Of a DNA stretch of 64,000 bases, positions 1 to 8,027 are shown piece by piece. The translations under genes were made by a program, and so were the position numbers. This DNA is from a virus. The notes under the pieces are model-generated. The model was not told the origin of the DNA. It searched no databases and saw only the letters and a list, made by a program, of their open reading frames with translations. Every line of letters starts with the position of its first letter. The stretch's first letter is position 1. The stretch lies in the IMG/VR virus record IMGVR_UViG_3300032053_000011, positions 1-64,000 of that record; one strand, 5' to 3'.

Positions 1-41
1 CATCTTCTATCCAGCGATCCCGGCGGCCACGACGTTCTGAA

Positions 42-70
42 TGGACGGCGCGCTAGCGCCATGCTAGCCA
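42..70 (+). promoter_or_regulatory. GCTAGC-box sigma70-like promoter (leaderless)
   Basis: TGGACG-17bp-TAGCCA with two GCTAGC boxes; ATG at 77 lies 6 nt downstream. Confidence 0.5.
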
Positions 71-76
71 TCGGTC

Positions 77-391
77 ATGAGCGCTTTTCCGCAAGCCTGT
101 CTGTTCTTCGGTGTCCTGATCTCACCCTTCCCTGCGAATTGGGAGGCATTCGAGGCCAAGGCCAAAGAGGCAGGTCTCGAGATTGTCTTCATCGGTAGCG
201 AACCGAGCGACGATGACCCCATCGGCCTCTCTATCTCCTTGGTGAAAACGAATCCGTGTGGCGAGACGCTCAGGCTCGAGCATCTTCCCAAAGAACCCGA
301 ACTCGGCCTCGTCGCAGGGCTCGAGATCTTCCTCGCCAGCATCGGTCTCGGAAGCCTCCCGATCGGTTGGCATCTCTCGGCCAAGCTGTGA
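77..391 (+). CDS. hypothetical protein
   Basis: ORF directly after promoter motif; coupled to next ORF. Confidence 0.5.
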   Translation: MSAFPQACLFFGVLISPFPANWEAFEAKAKEAGLEIVFIGSEPSDDDPIGLSISLVKTNPCGETLRLEHLPKEPELGLVAGLEIFLASIGLGSLPIGWHLSAKL

Positions 392-396
392 CGGCG

Positions 397-723
397 ATGT
401 CGCCCGACGCGCCAGTATACTACGCGCACAAGCGCATATACGGAGAGCGTACGATCTACGACCACGCGTCACCCGATCGAGGATGGTTGGATCTTTTCGG
501 CATCGATGATCCCGTCGTCGCGCTGCGTGTTCGCGAACGGCATGATGGGGACCCGGTGTCCGACTACTGGGGCTGGCTCGATGCCGAGAAGCCACATCGG
601 TACATTCTGGTCTGGCCGTCGCGCATTCAGTTCAACTGCTGCTTCACATATGGACCGGCCGTCGAAGAGCAGCGCGGGCGCGGACGGTCCGTGAATCTGA
701 TCGTCGAGGAGATCGGCGCATGA
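397..723 (+). CDS. hypothetical phage protein
   Basis: Protein-like composition; ATGA overlap with next ORF; start could be GTG at 388. Confidence 0.6.
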   Translation: MSPDAPVYYAHKRIYGERTIYDHASPDRGWLDLFGIDDPVVALRVRERHDGDPVSDYWGWLDAEKPHRYILVWPSRIQFNCCFTYGPAVEEQRGRGRSVNLIVEEIGA

Positions 724-977
724 AGCACGAGATCTGGACCGATGGCATCACGGTGTGGATCAATTCCGGCATCGATGGCAGCAGCATTGCGCGGTTCGGG
801 AAGAACGGCATCGACATCCACACGAGCTTCTCCGCGCAGAGAGATGGCGCCGCCGAGTGCCTGCACTGCACCCACGAGCCAGTGACGGCGGAGGACTGGG
901 AGACGTTCAAGAGAGAGGTGAAATGCCATCACGACGTGCTCGTCACCGACGAGTACAAGCCGAAGAGGTTCCGTTAG
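720..977 (+). CDS. hypothetical protein
   Basis: ATGA coupling, GGAG SD upstream, CxxC motif. Confidence 0.6.
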   Translation: MKHEIWTDGITVWINSGIDGSSIARFGKNGIDIHTSFSAQRDGAAECLHCTHEPVTAEDWETFKREVKCHHDVLVTDEYKPKRFR

Positions 978-1000
978 CCTTGGCGGCACCGCACCGCGCA

Positions 1001-1495
1001 CTATCGTCTCCGCTTCGCGTACTCCCTGTCCATTAGCCGTCGCTTCAATGGCGACAGCCGATCACGAATCAGCACGCCATCGAGATGGTCGTTCTCGTGC
1101 TGTACCGCAACTGCTTCCATGCCGGTGAAGCTCTCTGTGACGCGCGCACCCGTCACGATGTCGATCCGGCTCACACTCACGACCGCGGAGCGGCCCAGAT
1201 GTTCGGTCACGCCGGGCATCGACAGGCAGCCCTCGGAGAAGTCGCTTCGCTCCGCGCTGGTGTACTCGATCGTGGGATTCACGAATCCAACAGGACCGGC
1301 GGCCAGCTCCACGACGAACACGCGGATCAGACGTCCGACCTGCGGCGCTGCGAGGCCAAGCCCATGGGCGACGTACATCGTTTCAGCAAGGTCGTCGATG
1401 AACCGGCGCAGCGCGGCATAGTCCGCCGGAGTCACGGGCGCCGCGATGCGCGTGAGCCGCGGGTCTGGGTACTTCAGAATCTCGAACACAGCCAT
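1001..1495 (-). CDS. def: peptide deformylase
   Basis: All three PDF motifs: GLGLAAPQVG, EGCLS, QHENDHLDG. Confidence 0.95.
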   Translation of the reverse strand: MAVFEILKYPDPRLTRIAAPVTPADYAALRRFIDDLAETMYVAHGLGLAAPQVGRLIRVFVVELAAGPVGFVNPTIEYTSAERSDFSEGCLSMPGVTEHLGRSAVVSVSRIDIVTGARVTESFTGMEAVAVQHENDHLDGVLIRDRLSPLKRRLMDREYAKRRR

Positions 1496-1521
1496 TCGCG
1501 CACTCCATCAGGTATCGCGAG

Positions 1522-2385
1522 TCAGGGCGGGATGAGCGGCAGAACTGCGGCGATCTCGAGCCACCGGCGATGTCGTTTGTATAGCCAAGTTCCGGTTGCT
1601 CCGATGAACAATCCGATTCCGACGACTGCCCATGGGTTCTGCGGCATCGTATCTCCCTCCAGCGAGCATATCAGGACCGCGCAGCGATTGAAGCGAGCGT
1701 TGTACATCGCAGCTTCCATGGCTTCCTGCGCGCTCGGCGGACCGAAGTCGCGCAAGATCGACATGATCTCGTCTCGATCCACACCTGCATCCTCGGCCAG
1801 ATGGAACACATCCCAGGCGAGCCTCCGCGCTGCCTCGTCGCCGCCGCGGGCGAAGGTCATGGGTTGTTGCGGGGTGACGCTACGACGAAGGCCGATCGCC
1901 GGATCACGGAAGTAGCTGATCAGATGGATCGCCTCGAGGAACGCCTGATTCTTGTACTTCCAGAGGTCGGTCTTGTAGCGCTGCTCGAGCTCCTTGGCTT
2001 GGTCGGCGTCGAACGGACCATCCCAAAGTCGGCGAAGAAGCAACGTATCAGCGGTGAGCCGAGCCGTATCCGTAGCGAGCCTATCATCGTCGAGTTGGTA
2101 GACCGGCTCGTTCAGCGTGGAGCCGATCTGCATGTGATGTCGGCGATGCTGATGGATTGCCGTCATCCGTTCGATCACGCGCATGACGGCTTCTCCGGCG
2201 CGGTACGGCATCAGCGACGTCGTGAGCCCGGCGCCGCCGATTTCGAAGTTGATGTGCTTCCAGAGCCGCGCTGGAGTCTCGCCCTCCAGGGCCACCGCCA
2301 ATTGCAATGGCAGCTCACCTGCACGAATCGCGGCGGCGATCGCTCCGAAGAAGTGGATCGCGTACTCTTCGTCTTGCTGATTCAT
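1522..2385 (-). CDS. PL/GPPT-motif family paralogue with C-terminal TM extension
   Basis: GELPLQLAV...FGPPSAQEAMEAA, then hydrophobic tail PWAVVGIGLFIGATGTWLY; start at ATGA overlap. Confidence 0.7.
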   Translation of the reverse strand: MNQQDEEYAIHFFGAIAAAIRAGELPLQLAVALEGETPARLWKHINFEIGGAGLTTSLMPYRAGEAVMRVIERMTAIHQHRRHHMQIGSTLNEPVYQLDDDRLATDTARLTADTLLLRRLWDGPFDADQAKELEQRYKTDLWKYKNQAFLEAIHLISYFRDPAIGLRRSVTPQQPMTFARGGDEAARRLAWDVFHLAEDAGVDRDEIMSILRDFGPPSAQEAMEAAMYNARFNRCAVLICSLEGDTMPQNPWAVVGIGLFIGATGTWLYKRHRRWLEIAAVLPLIPP

Positions 2386-3014
2386 CCGCGCCGCCAGACT
2401 TCTGCGGCAGCCACGATCTGCTCGAGCGTTGGCGGTCCAAGCGCCGCAATGATCTCGTCGATCCATGGCTCTTGGCCCGGTGGATGTGGTGCATTGCGCG
2501 CGAGCACGATGAACTCTCGCAGCGCGTGCCAGGACGTCAGGCAGTCGATATGGCGCTGATTGTGCGACCGGGATCCCCGCCGCGTTGCGTCGGTCCACGC
2601 GGTGAGGCTTTCGAGCCCCCGTCGCAAGGTCAACCACACATTGGCGGGACCCCTTGCCACGGTCGCGCGAAGACGGTCCCTCAACAGCGGGTTCGATCCT
2701 GGTGAGCGTGCCTCCTGGGCCACTGCTTCTGCGCTCTCGGCCAGCCAAGGCGTGTCCGGGTAGATGGCGGGGAGCATCTCGACCATCCGTGCTACCAGCT
2801 CACGCCCGAGCCCCGCCACCATGAGCAAGTATGCCGGATTGTCGATACTCTCTCGGTCAGTGAGGCTCGCCATCCAGCCCGACCACATCTTCGCGAGATG
2901 GGCCGAAGTGAGCTGGACTGCGAGATGTAGCGGGATAGTTCCCCCTTCGATCGTGTTCCACAAATCGATCCAGAAGTCGTCCAGTCGGTCGTCGTCTTCG
3001 GTCCGCACTCTCAA
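2382..3014 (-). CDS. PL/GPPT-motif family paralogue
   Basis: GTIPLHLAV...LGPPTLEQIVAAAE. Confidence 0.8.
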   Translation of the reverse strand: MRVRTEDDDRLDDFWIDLWNTIEGGTIPLHLAVQLTSAHLAKMWSGWMASLTDRESIDNPAYLLMVAGLGRELVARMVEMLPAIYPDTPWLAESAEAVAQEARSPGSNPLLRDRLRATVARGPANVWLTLRRGLESLTAWTDATRRGSRSHNQRHIDCLTSWHALREFIVLARNAPHPPGQEPWIDEIIAALGPPTLEQIVAAAEVWRRG

Positions 3015-3400
3015 GATGGCTTCGGCCGCTTGCGCACCGCCTCTCGGATCGTCTCCACCAGCTCTGGCTGGAGGGTGAGATGAATGGGACCATCCGGTCC
3101 ATCGACCCAGGCCCAGTGGTGCACATCGGTGGGCTTCGTCTGCGCGATCGGTGTGACCGGATCAAACGGCGCTCCGACGGCGGTGATGAGCTGCCCCAGG
3201 GCAGCCCAGTCTTGCTCGGTCGAATGAGTGCGATCGAGGAGTTGCGCCGAGAACGCCCACTGCACGATCTCGCCGTCGTGGATCATGCAACTGACGCCGA
3301 TCCGCCACGCGCCAACCGACAGCCACTTGACCTGCCCGAGGGCGAGTCGCGCTTCGCTCTTGAGCGCGCGTACGTTGCGCAGTTCGCGTTCTGCCAGCAT
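3011..3400 (-). CDS. hypothetical protein
   Basis: First ORF of coupled run; TGnTACCGT -10-like element 7 nt upstream of ATG. Confidence 0.6.
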   Translation of the reverse strand: MLAERELRNVRALKSEARLALGQVKWLSVGAWRIGVSCMIHDGEIVQWAFSAQLLDRTHSTEQDWAALGQLITAVGAPFDPVTPIAQTKPTDVHHWAWVDGPDGPIHLTLQPELVETIREAVRKRPKPS

Positions 3401-3440
3401 GGCCAGGACGGTATCACACGGTCGCCCCGGGAGCGACAGA

Positions 3441-3469
3441 TTGACACGTGGCTAGCATCTCGCTAGCTT
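3441..3469 (+). promoter_or_regulatory. GCTAGC-box sigma70-like promoter (leaderless)
   Basis: TTGACA-17bp-TAGCTT with two GCTAGC boxes; ATG at 3476 6 nt downstream. Confidence 0.75.
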
Positions 3470-3475
3470 TATCTC

Positions 3476-4243
3476 ATGGCGCAAGCAGCATGCACCTATC
3501 GCCACGGGCCCTTCGACCCTGCCTTTCCGGCTTCTCACGAGCTCGGTGGCTCGATGCTCGCCAGTGAGGTCGACGGGTACGAGGGCTACAGCAGCGATGG
3601 CTTCGTGTATCGCGATGGTCGTCGGCATCACCGCTGGGCGGTACGGCCGTATCCGCCCGACGGGCAAGATGGCATTGGGATCACGAGAATGTGGCCTTGT
3701 CGACGAGACGATCTCCCTAGGCTCCAGCAGCTCGTGCTGCGGTGTGAGTCGGCGATGGCCACATCGTGGGATACGATCCTGAAGCAGCTTGCCGCCTTCG
3801 TGGCCTCTGGGATCACGGAGGTCGCCCACCGCGATCCAGACGATCCGCTCAGCCGAGGCTCGACACTCTATACCGTGTGTCGCCAGCGCGATCGGTCCAA
3901 GCATCACGACTCTGAAGAGCTGCTGTACAGTCAGTACCATACCGCGCCGATTACCGATCTCGTGTCGGCGATCGAGGCGTCGGCTCACCTCGAACTCGGT
4001 GCGCTCTTCCATCGCATGGTGCAGCATCATCGGTCGCAATGTTTTCGATTGGGCAAGGCGAAGGCGGTTCTTGATCTTGCTCTCCGGCATCGGATCGGGG
4101 CCCCGATGAGCGAGCAGGTCTACATGCTCACGGTCTGTGGCGTTCCACACATCTATGCAACCAGGGATCGACACGGCGACGGGCACTACGCGCTCCGCGT
4201 GGTCGCCAATGCGCTGCCGATCACGCGCATCGAGATCGAATAG
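3476..4243 (+). CDS. hypothetical protein
   Basis: 255-aa ORF starting directly after promoter. Confidence 0.6.
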   Translation: MAQAACTYRHGPFDPAFPASHELGGSMLASEVDGYEGYSSDGFVYRDGRRHHRWAVRPYPPDGQDGIGITRMWPCRRDDLPRLQQLVLRCESAMATSWDTILKQLAAFVASGITEVAHRDPDDPLSRGSTLYTVCRQRDRSKHHDSEELLYSQYHTAPITDLVSAIEASAHLELGALFHRMVQHHRSQCFRLGKAKAVLDLALRHRIGAPMSEQVYMLTVCGVPHIYATRDRHGDGHYALRVVANALPITRIEIE

Positions 4244-4447
4244 CGGCGACGCCCTTGCGCTGACGCGCATCAAGGCGTAGGGTGGCGTCGTGAGCGTTCG
4301 CGTAATACAGAGATCCGTCAGGTTCGTACGCTGCTTCCAGTCGTGGTGCATTCAACGCACAACGACCGCGAAGTCATTCACGACCTCACGCTCCTAGTAC
4401 TCGCCGTCCTCGACCACGCACCTGCGCCGTCTCGGACGGCAGCATCT

Positions 4448-4533
4448 GGAAGCATGGGCGAGATGGATTATGCCGGTGGACCCGAAACCCACCATGCCGC
4501 AAGGCATCCTCGGTTCGAATCCGAGTGCTTCCT
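4448..4533 (+). tRNA. tRNA-Ser(CGA), long variable arm, C33
   Basis: GGAAGCA/TGCTTCC acceptor, loop CCCGAAA, variable arm ATGCCGCAAGGCAT, T arm CTCGG-TTCGAAT-CCGAG. Confidence 0.8.
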
Positions 4534-4623
4534 CCGAAAGAGCATGACCAATGTGTCCGTTGCGTCGCCATCTGCCGAAGCGTTGCCCCGCGGGCCCCGC
4601 GGGGAAACCGCGGGAGCATCTAC

Positions 4624-4698
4624 GCGGGCTTGGCGCAGCGGGAGCGCAGTCGGCTCTTACCCGAACGGGCGAAGGTTCGAATCCTTCAGCCCGCACCA
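4624..4698 (+). tRNA. tRNA-Lys(CTT)
   Basis: GCGGGCT/AGCCCGC acceptor, loop CTCTTAC, TTCGAAT T loop, encoded CCA. Confidence 0.85.
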
Positions 4699-4774
4699 TG
4701 GAACGCGTCACTTCGAGCGTGGACGTCGTAGTTCGGCCCGCTCACCCGTGTGGTGAGCAGCAGGGTCGTCGTAT

Positions 4775-4845
4775 GCGGGCATGGCCGAATGGTGAGGCAC
4801 CGGTTCTACACACCGAGAATGGGCGTTCGATTCGCTCTGCCCGTA
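4775..4845 (+). tRNA. tRNA-Val(TAC), C33
   Basis: GCGGGCA/TGCCCGT acceptor, loop TCTACAC, T loop TTCGATT. Confidence 0.8.
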
Positions 4846-4884
4846 CCGAGAAGAGGAGGAGACGCGATTCGTTCGCAGCTCCTT

Positions 4885-4956
4885 CTCGACGTAGCCTAGT
4901 GGACAGGCAGCGAACTCCTACTTCGCGTCACCTCGGTTCGAATCCGGGCGTCGAGG
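4885..4956 (+). tRNA. tRNA-Arg(CCT)
   Basis: CTCGACG/CGTCGAG acceptor, GCGAA-CTCCTAC-TTCGC anticodon arm. Confidence 0.85.
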
Positions 4957-4983
4957 CCCAGAAGATACAACGCTCGCGCGCAT

Positions 4984-5058
4984 GCGTGAGTAACTCAGCG
5001 GAAGAGTACCCGGCCTATAACCGGGAGGTCCCGGGATCGTACCCCGGCTCACGCACCA
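4984..5058 (+). tRNA. tRNA-Ile(TAT), C33
   Basis: GCGTGAG/CTCACGC acceptor, CCCGG-CCTATAA-CCGGG, atypical T loop ATCGTAC, CCA end. Confidence 0.8.
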
Positions 5059-5134
5059 TGAAGACGACAACCACAAGCACGACCACCGCCGAGCGAACGA
5101 GCACACCACGCCGTTCGCTCCGCGACTCGCATGC

Positions 5135-5208
5135 GCCGGTGTCGCCCAATGGTGGGCCCCTCTTCTGTAAAGAGGACTGTGCAGGTTCGACTCCTGTCAC
5201 CGGCTCCA
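5135..5208 (+). tRNA. tRNA-Thr(TGT), C33
   Basis: GCCGGTG/CACCGGC acceptor, CCTCT-TCTGTAA-AGAGG, TTCGACT, CCA end. Confidence 0.85.
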
Positions 5209-5262
5209 TGAACTGCCAGCTCATTACCGGCGCTCGCGCATCGACGCGAGCGACTGATGCAT

Positions 5263-5334
5263 GCACGGATGGCTCAATGGCAGCGCGCCCGGCCGATTAC
5301 CGGGAGGTTCCGAGTTCGAATCTCGGTCCGTGCA
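5263..5334 (+). tRNA. tRNA-Ile(GAT), C33 and U37 (atypical)
   Basis: GCACGGA/TCCGTGC acceptor, CCCGG-CCGATTA-CCGGG, TTCGAAT. Confidence 0.75.
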
Positions 5335-5352
5335 CTCTGGTGGTACTGGAGC

Positions 5353-6027
5353 TGGCCGCTAGCACGATTTGGCTTTTCGTGGTTAGGATAGTTGGGATAC
5401 GCGCCGATGCCGATCTGCAATAAGTGCTCGGTGCCGTTCGCTTTCCATATAGTGATTGATGGTTGCAGGCGGAACTTAAAGAACCGGAAGTATTGTTTGG
5501 AGTGCTCCCCTTTCGGAAGGCACAACACGCGCACCCTGCACAATGATCCTGTCCTCCCAGGAACGTGTCGGTTGTGTGGAGCCGCGCTGGTAACGACGCG
5601 GAGACGTCGGTGCGAGGCGTGCGACACACTGATCCGTCGTTACCGTACCAAGCTGGCGGCGATCGTGTATCTCGGAGGGTGCTGCAAACGCTGTGGTTGG
5701 AAAGGTCACCCGGCAGCCTTTCAATTTCATCATCCGGGCGCGAAGGGCTTCACGATTGGCGGCGTCGCAAACAAGAGTTGGGATGTGATTAAGCGCGAGC
5801 TGAACAGGTGCGAATTGTTATGTGCTAACTGCCATCAGATCGAGCACAGTTCGCGTCGATTTGATCCGCGCGTCATCGCAGAGGCTAAGCGATACAGAGG
5901 TCGCTTGTTAGATGTGACCAAGCTCGTAGAACTTCTGGACACGTTGATAGCGCATCACCACTGATTGACTGATTGAACACTCCAAACTCCAAACCCGTTC
6001 GGTCCGGTTCGATCCCCGAGCGGCCTG
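5353..6027 (+). pseudogene. tRNA-Trp(CCA) split by HNH gene
   Basis: 5' piece TGGCCGCTAGCACGATTTGG (5353-5372); 3' piece CTCCAAA-CCCGT...TTCGATC...GCGGCCTG (5987-6027); acceptor halves complementary. Confidence 0.6.
5407..5964 (+). CDS. HNH endonuclease with N-terminal Zn-finger repeats
   Basis: CxxC pairs; GGCCKRCG...FQFHH...CELLCANCHQIEH; visibly lower GC than flanks. Confidence 0.85.
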   Translation: MPICNKCSVPFAFHIVIDGCRRNLKNRKYCLECSPFGRHNTRTLHNDPVLPGTCRLCGAALVTTRRRRCEACDTLIRRYRTKLAAIVYLGGCCKRCGWKGHPAAFQFHHPGAKGFTIGGVANKSWDVIKRELNRCELLCANCHQIEHSSRRFDPRVIAEAKRYRGRLLDVTKLVELLDTLIAHHH

Positions 6028-6072
6028 CCTTGCACAGATTACCGAAGCAGCAACGCCAACAGGCGTAGCTAT

Positions 6073-6145
6073 TCGGGGATCGTACAACTGGTAGTACACC
6101 AGCCTCTGAAGTTGGCCGATGCGAGTTCGAATCTCGCTCCCCGAT
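6073..6145 (+). tRNA. tRNA-Gln(CTG)
   Basis: TCGGGGA/TCCCCGA acceptor, CCAGC-CTCTGAA-GTTGG, TTCGAAT. Confidence 0.85.
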
Positions 6146-6148
6146 CCG

Positions 6149-6517
6149 ATGAATCCCATGCCGCTGCTGATGCGCGCGGCGCGCTTGGCAGAGTCGCTGC
6201 CCGGCGCGGCGCAAGAGTTCGCCCTCGGCGCTGTCGGTCTGCGTGCGGACGGCGCACTGGTCCACAGTACCAACAAGGCGATCCGCATCGGCCGCACGCC
6301 GTCCGGCGGCGCGCCCGAGCGGCTCTGGGCCACGCATGCCGAGCTGCGCCTATGCCGGAAGCTCGACGCCGGTGCGACGGTGTTCGTCGCCCGGATCGCG
6401 CGCGACGGGACCTGGGCGCTCGCCCGGCCGTGCCCGCAGTGCCTGAATCGGCTGCATCATCAGCGCGTGCGCCGCGTGTTCTTCACGACCGGACCGGCGG
6501 AATACGGTATTCTCTGA
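6149..6517 (+). CDS. cytidine/dCMP deaminase-superfamily Zn-dependent deaminase
   Basis: HAE...PCPQC catalytic motifs. Confidence 0.85.
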   Translation: MNPMPLLMRAARLAESLPGAAQEFALGAVGLRADGALVHSTNKAIRIGRTPSGGAPERLWATHAELRLCRKLDAGATVFVARIARDGTWALARPCPQCLNRLHHQRVRRVFFTTGPAEYGIL

Positions 6518-6539
6518 ACACGTGCGATACTCACCAGTG

Positions 6540-6788
6540 ATGCGCCTGTCCACGCCTCCTCAAGCGGTCACCGAGATCGCTCTGGAGGCCGAGCGTCTCG
6601 GCGCCAACGTGCTCTACCGGAGCTGCGGGTGGGGCGAGGCGCACATCGACATCTTCGATGCGCCACTTGGCCTCGGAACGCGGCTGCATCGGGCTGGGTT
6701 CGAGCTGAGTGCCTTTCGCGAGCGGTACTGGCGCTGGTGCATCGCGACGATGCCCGCGGACCCGATTACGGATCGACCACCGTCCTAG
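6540..6788 (+). CDS. hypothetical protein
   Basis: ORF downstream of deaminase, converging on next gene. Confidence 0.5.
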   Translation: MRLSTPPQAVTEIALEAERLGANVLYRSCGWGEAHIDIFDAPLGLGTRLHRAGFELSAFRERYWRWCIATMPADPITDRPPS

Positions 6789-7093
6789 CGCCTCTCGAGC
6801 TCGTACTCGAAGTACAAGTTCACGGCCTCTGGGTCAGAATCCACGCGAATGTAAATTCCAGGGACGTCGGCGAACGCCGCGTACATCGCCTCGATGGTGC
6901 GCTTCCTCTTCCTCGCCACGAAGATATCGAGGATAGGTGTCTCGACGCCGCCGTACGCATCATCGCGCAGCCAGACCTCGACCATTACCTGGGGGTGCTT
7001 CCGCAGCAGATCGTTCAGGACCAGGAAGAGCGCCAGCGGGATCTGCCAGCCTTCCGCGATGAGCGACTCCAGCTTCTCGACGTTCGTCATCAT
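6785..7093 (-). CDS. hypothetical protein, tandem paralogue A (VEKLESLIAEGWQIPLAL N-terminus)
   Basis: Near-identical N-terminus to 7090..7383; ATGA coupling. Confidence 0.7.
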   Translation of the reverse strand: MMTNVEKLESLIAEGWQIPLALFLVLNDLLRKHPQVMVEVWLRDDAYGGVETPILDIFVARKRKRTIEAMYAAFADVPGIYIRVDSDPEAVNLYFEYELERR

Positions 7094-7383
7094 CGCGCAT
7101 CGAACACGAAGTAGATTATCTCGGACTCTTCGACGTCGTCGATATATGGATTCATCCCGGACAATGCCTTTGCAACGGCGATAACTGACCGCTTTGCCGT
7201 CTTCGGGACGGAGATTTGCAATTCGTCTTCTTCGCCGCCTTCGTCGATGTTGACCCATATCTCGGGGTGCTTCGGCAGCAGATCGCTCAGGACCAGGAAG
7301 AGCGCCAGCGGGATGTGCCAGCCTTCTGCGATGAGGGACTCCAGCTTCTCGACGCTGGTCATGATATCGGCTGGCCGGGTCAC
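7090..7383 (-). CDS. hypothetical protein, tandem paralogue B
   Basis: VEKLESLIAEGWHIPLALFLVL; DNA repeat with previous gene. Confidence 0.7.
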   Translation of the reverse strand: MTRPADIMTSVEKLESLIAEGWHIPLALFLVLSDLLPKHPEIWVNIDEGGEEDELQISVPKTAKRSVIAVAKALSGMNPYIDDVEESEIIYFVFDAR

Positions 7384-8003
7384 CGGCGCACCGGCGGGCC
7401 CCAGGCCTCTGCCGCGGCCACGATCTGTTGCAGCGTCGGAGGTCCCATCGCCTTCACGATCTCTTCGGTGGCGAACTCCGGGGGCAACTCACGCGATCCA
7501 TCCATTGCTCGCTTCAAGCGCATCCATAGATTCTCGACGACGAAGTTGCGATCGCCGATCGGCGTTCCTGGCATTCTGGATATCGGGTCGAGTACCCAGG
7601 TCACTTCCTTGAATGTCGACCACCCAGCGATGCGAGGGATGTGCGGCGTATAGTTCAGATGATGACGGAGCGCTGGCAGATCGACTGAGCCTGGGTAGAC
7701 GCGTTCCTGTTCCAGCTTGGCGATCACCTCGGCGCACTCGCTGGCATGCACCGGCGGGCATCCGGCGGCGACGCGGTAGGCCAGCCGGAATATCAGCTCC
7801 TCATGCAGCCGGAGATCGATCAACCACTCCACGCGATGCGGAATACTGAACAGGTCCCACGCCTGCGCCAGCCGCTCGTCCGTCCACTGCACCGCATCGG
7901 ACAGTGGCACCGTGCCATCGTGGACCACGGCATCACGGACATCCTTCCAGATGCGGCGCGCTTCGGGGGGCTTCATCGCTACAGCGATCCTACTGTCAGG
8001 CAT
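7380..8003 (-). CDS. PL/GPPT-motif family paralogue
   Basis: GTVPLSDAV...MGPPTLQQIVAAAE. Confidence 0.8.
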   Translation of the reverse strand: MPDSRIAVAMKPPEARRIWKDVRDAVVHDGTVPLSDAVQWTDERLAQAWDLFSIPHRVEWLIDLRLHEELIFRLAYRVAAGCPPVHASECAEVIAKLEQERVYPGSVDLPALRHHLNYTPHIPRIAGWSTFKEVTWVLDPISRMPGTPIGDRNFVVENLWMRLKRAMDGSRELPPEFATEEIVKAMGPPTLQQIVAAAEAWGPPVRR

Positions 8004-8027
8004 CCGATCCGTCGAGGAACGTGACGG

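Noticed and set aside
4245-4440. Possible extra tRNA or ncRNA upstream of the tRNA cluster
   Set aside because: A GGTTCG-like segment is present, but I could not fold a convincing cloverleaf.
5373-5986. Group I intron within tRNA-Trp
   Set aside because: The HNH ORF fills nearly the whole insert, leaving no room for a ribozyme core, and part of the tRNA is deleted.
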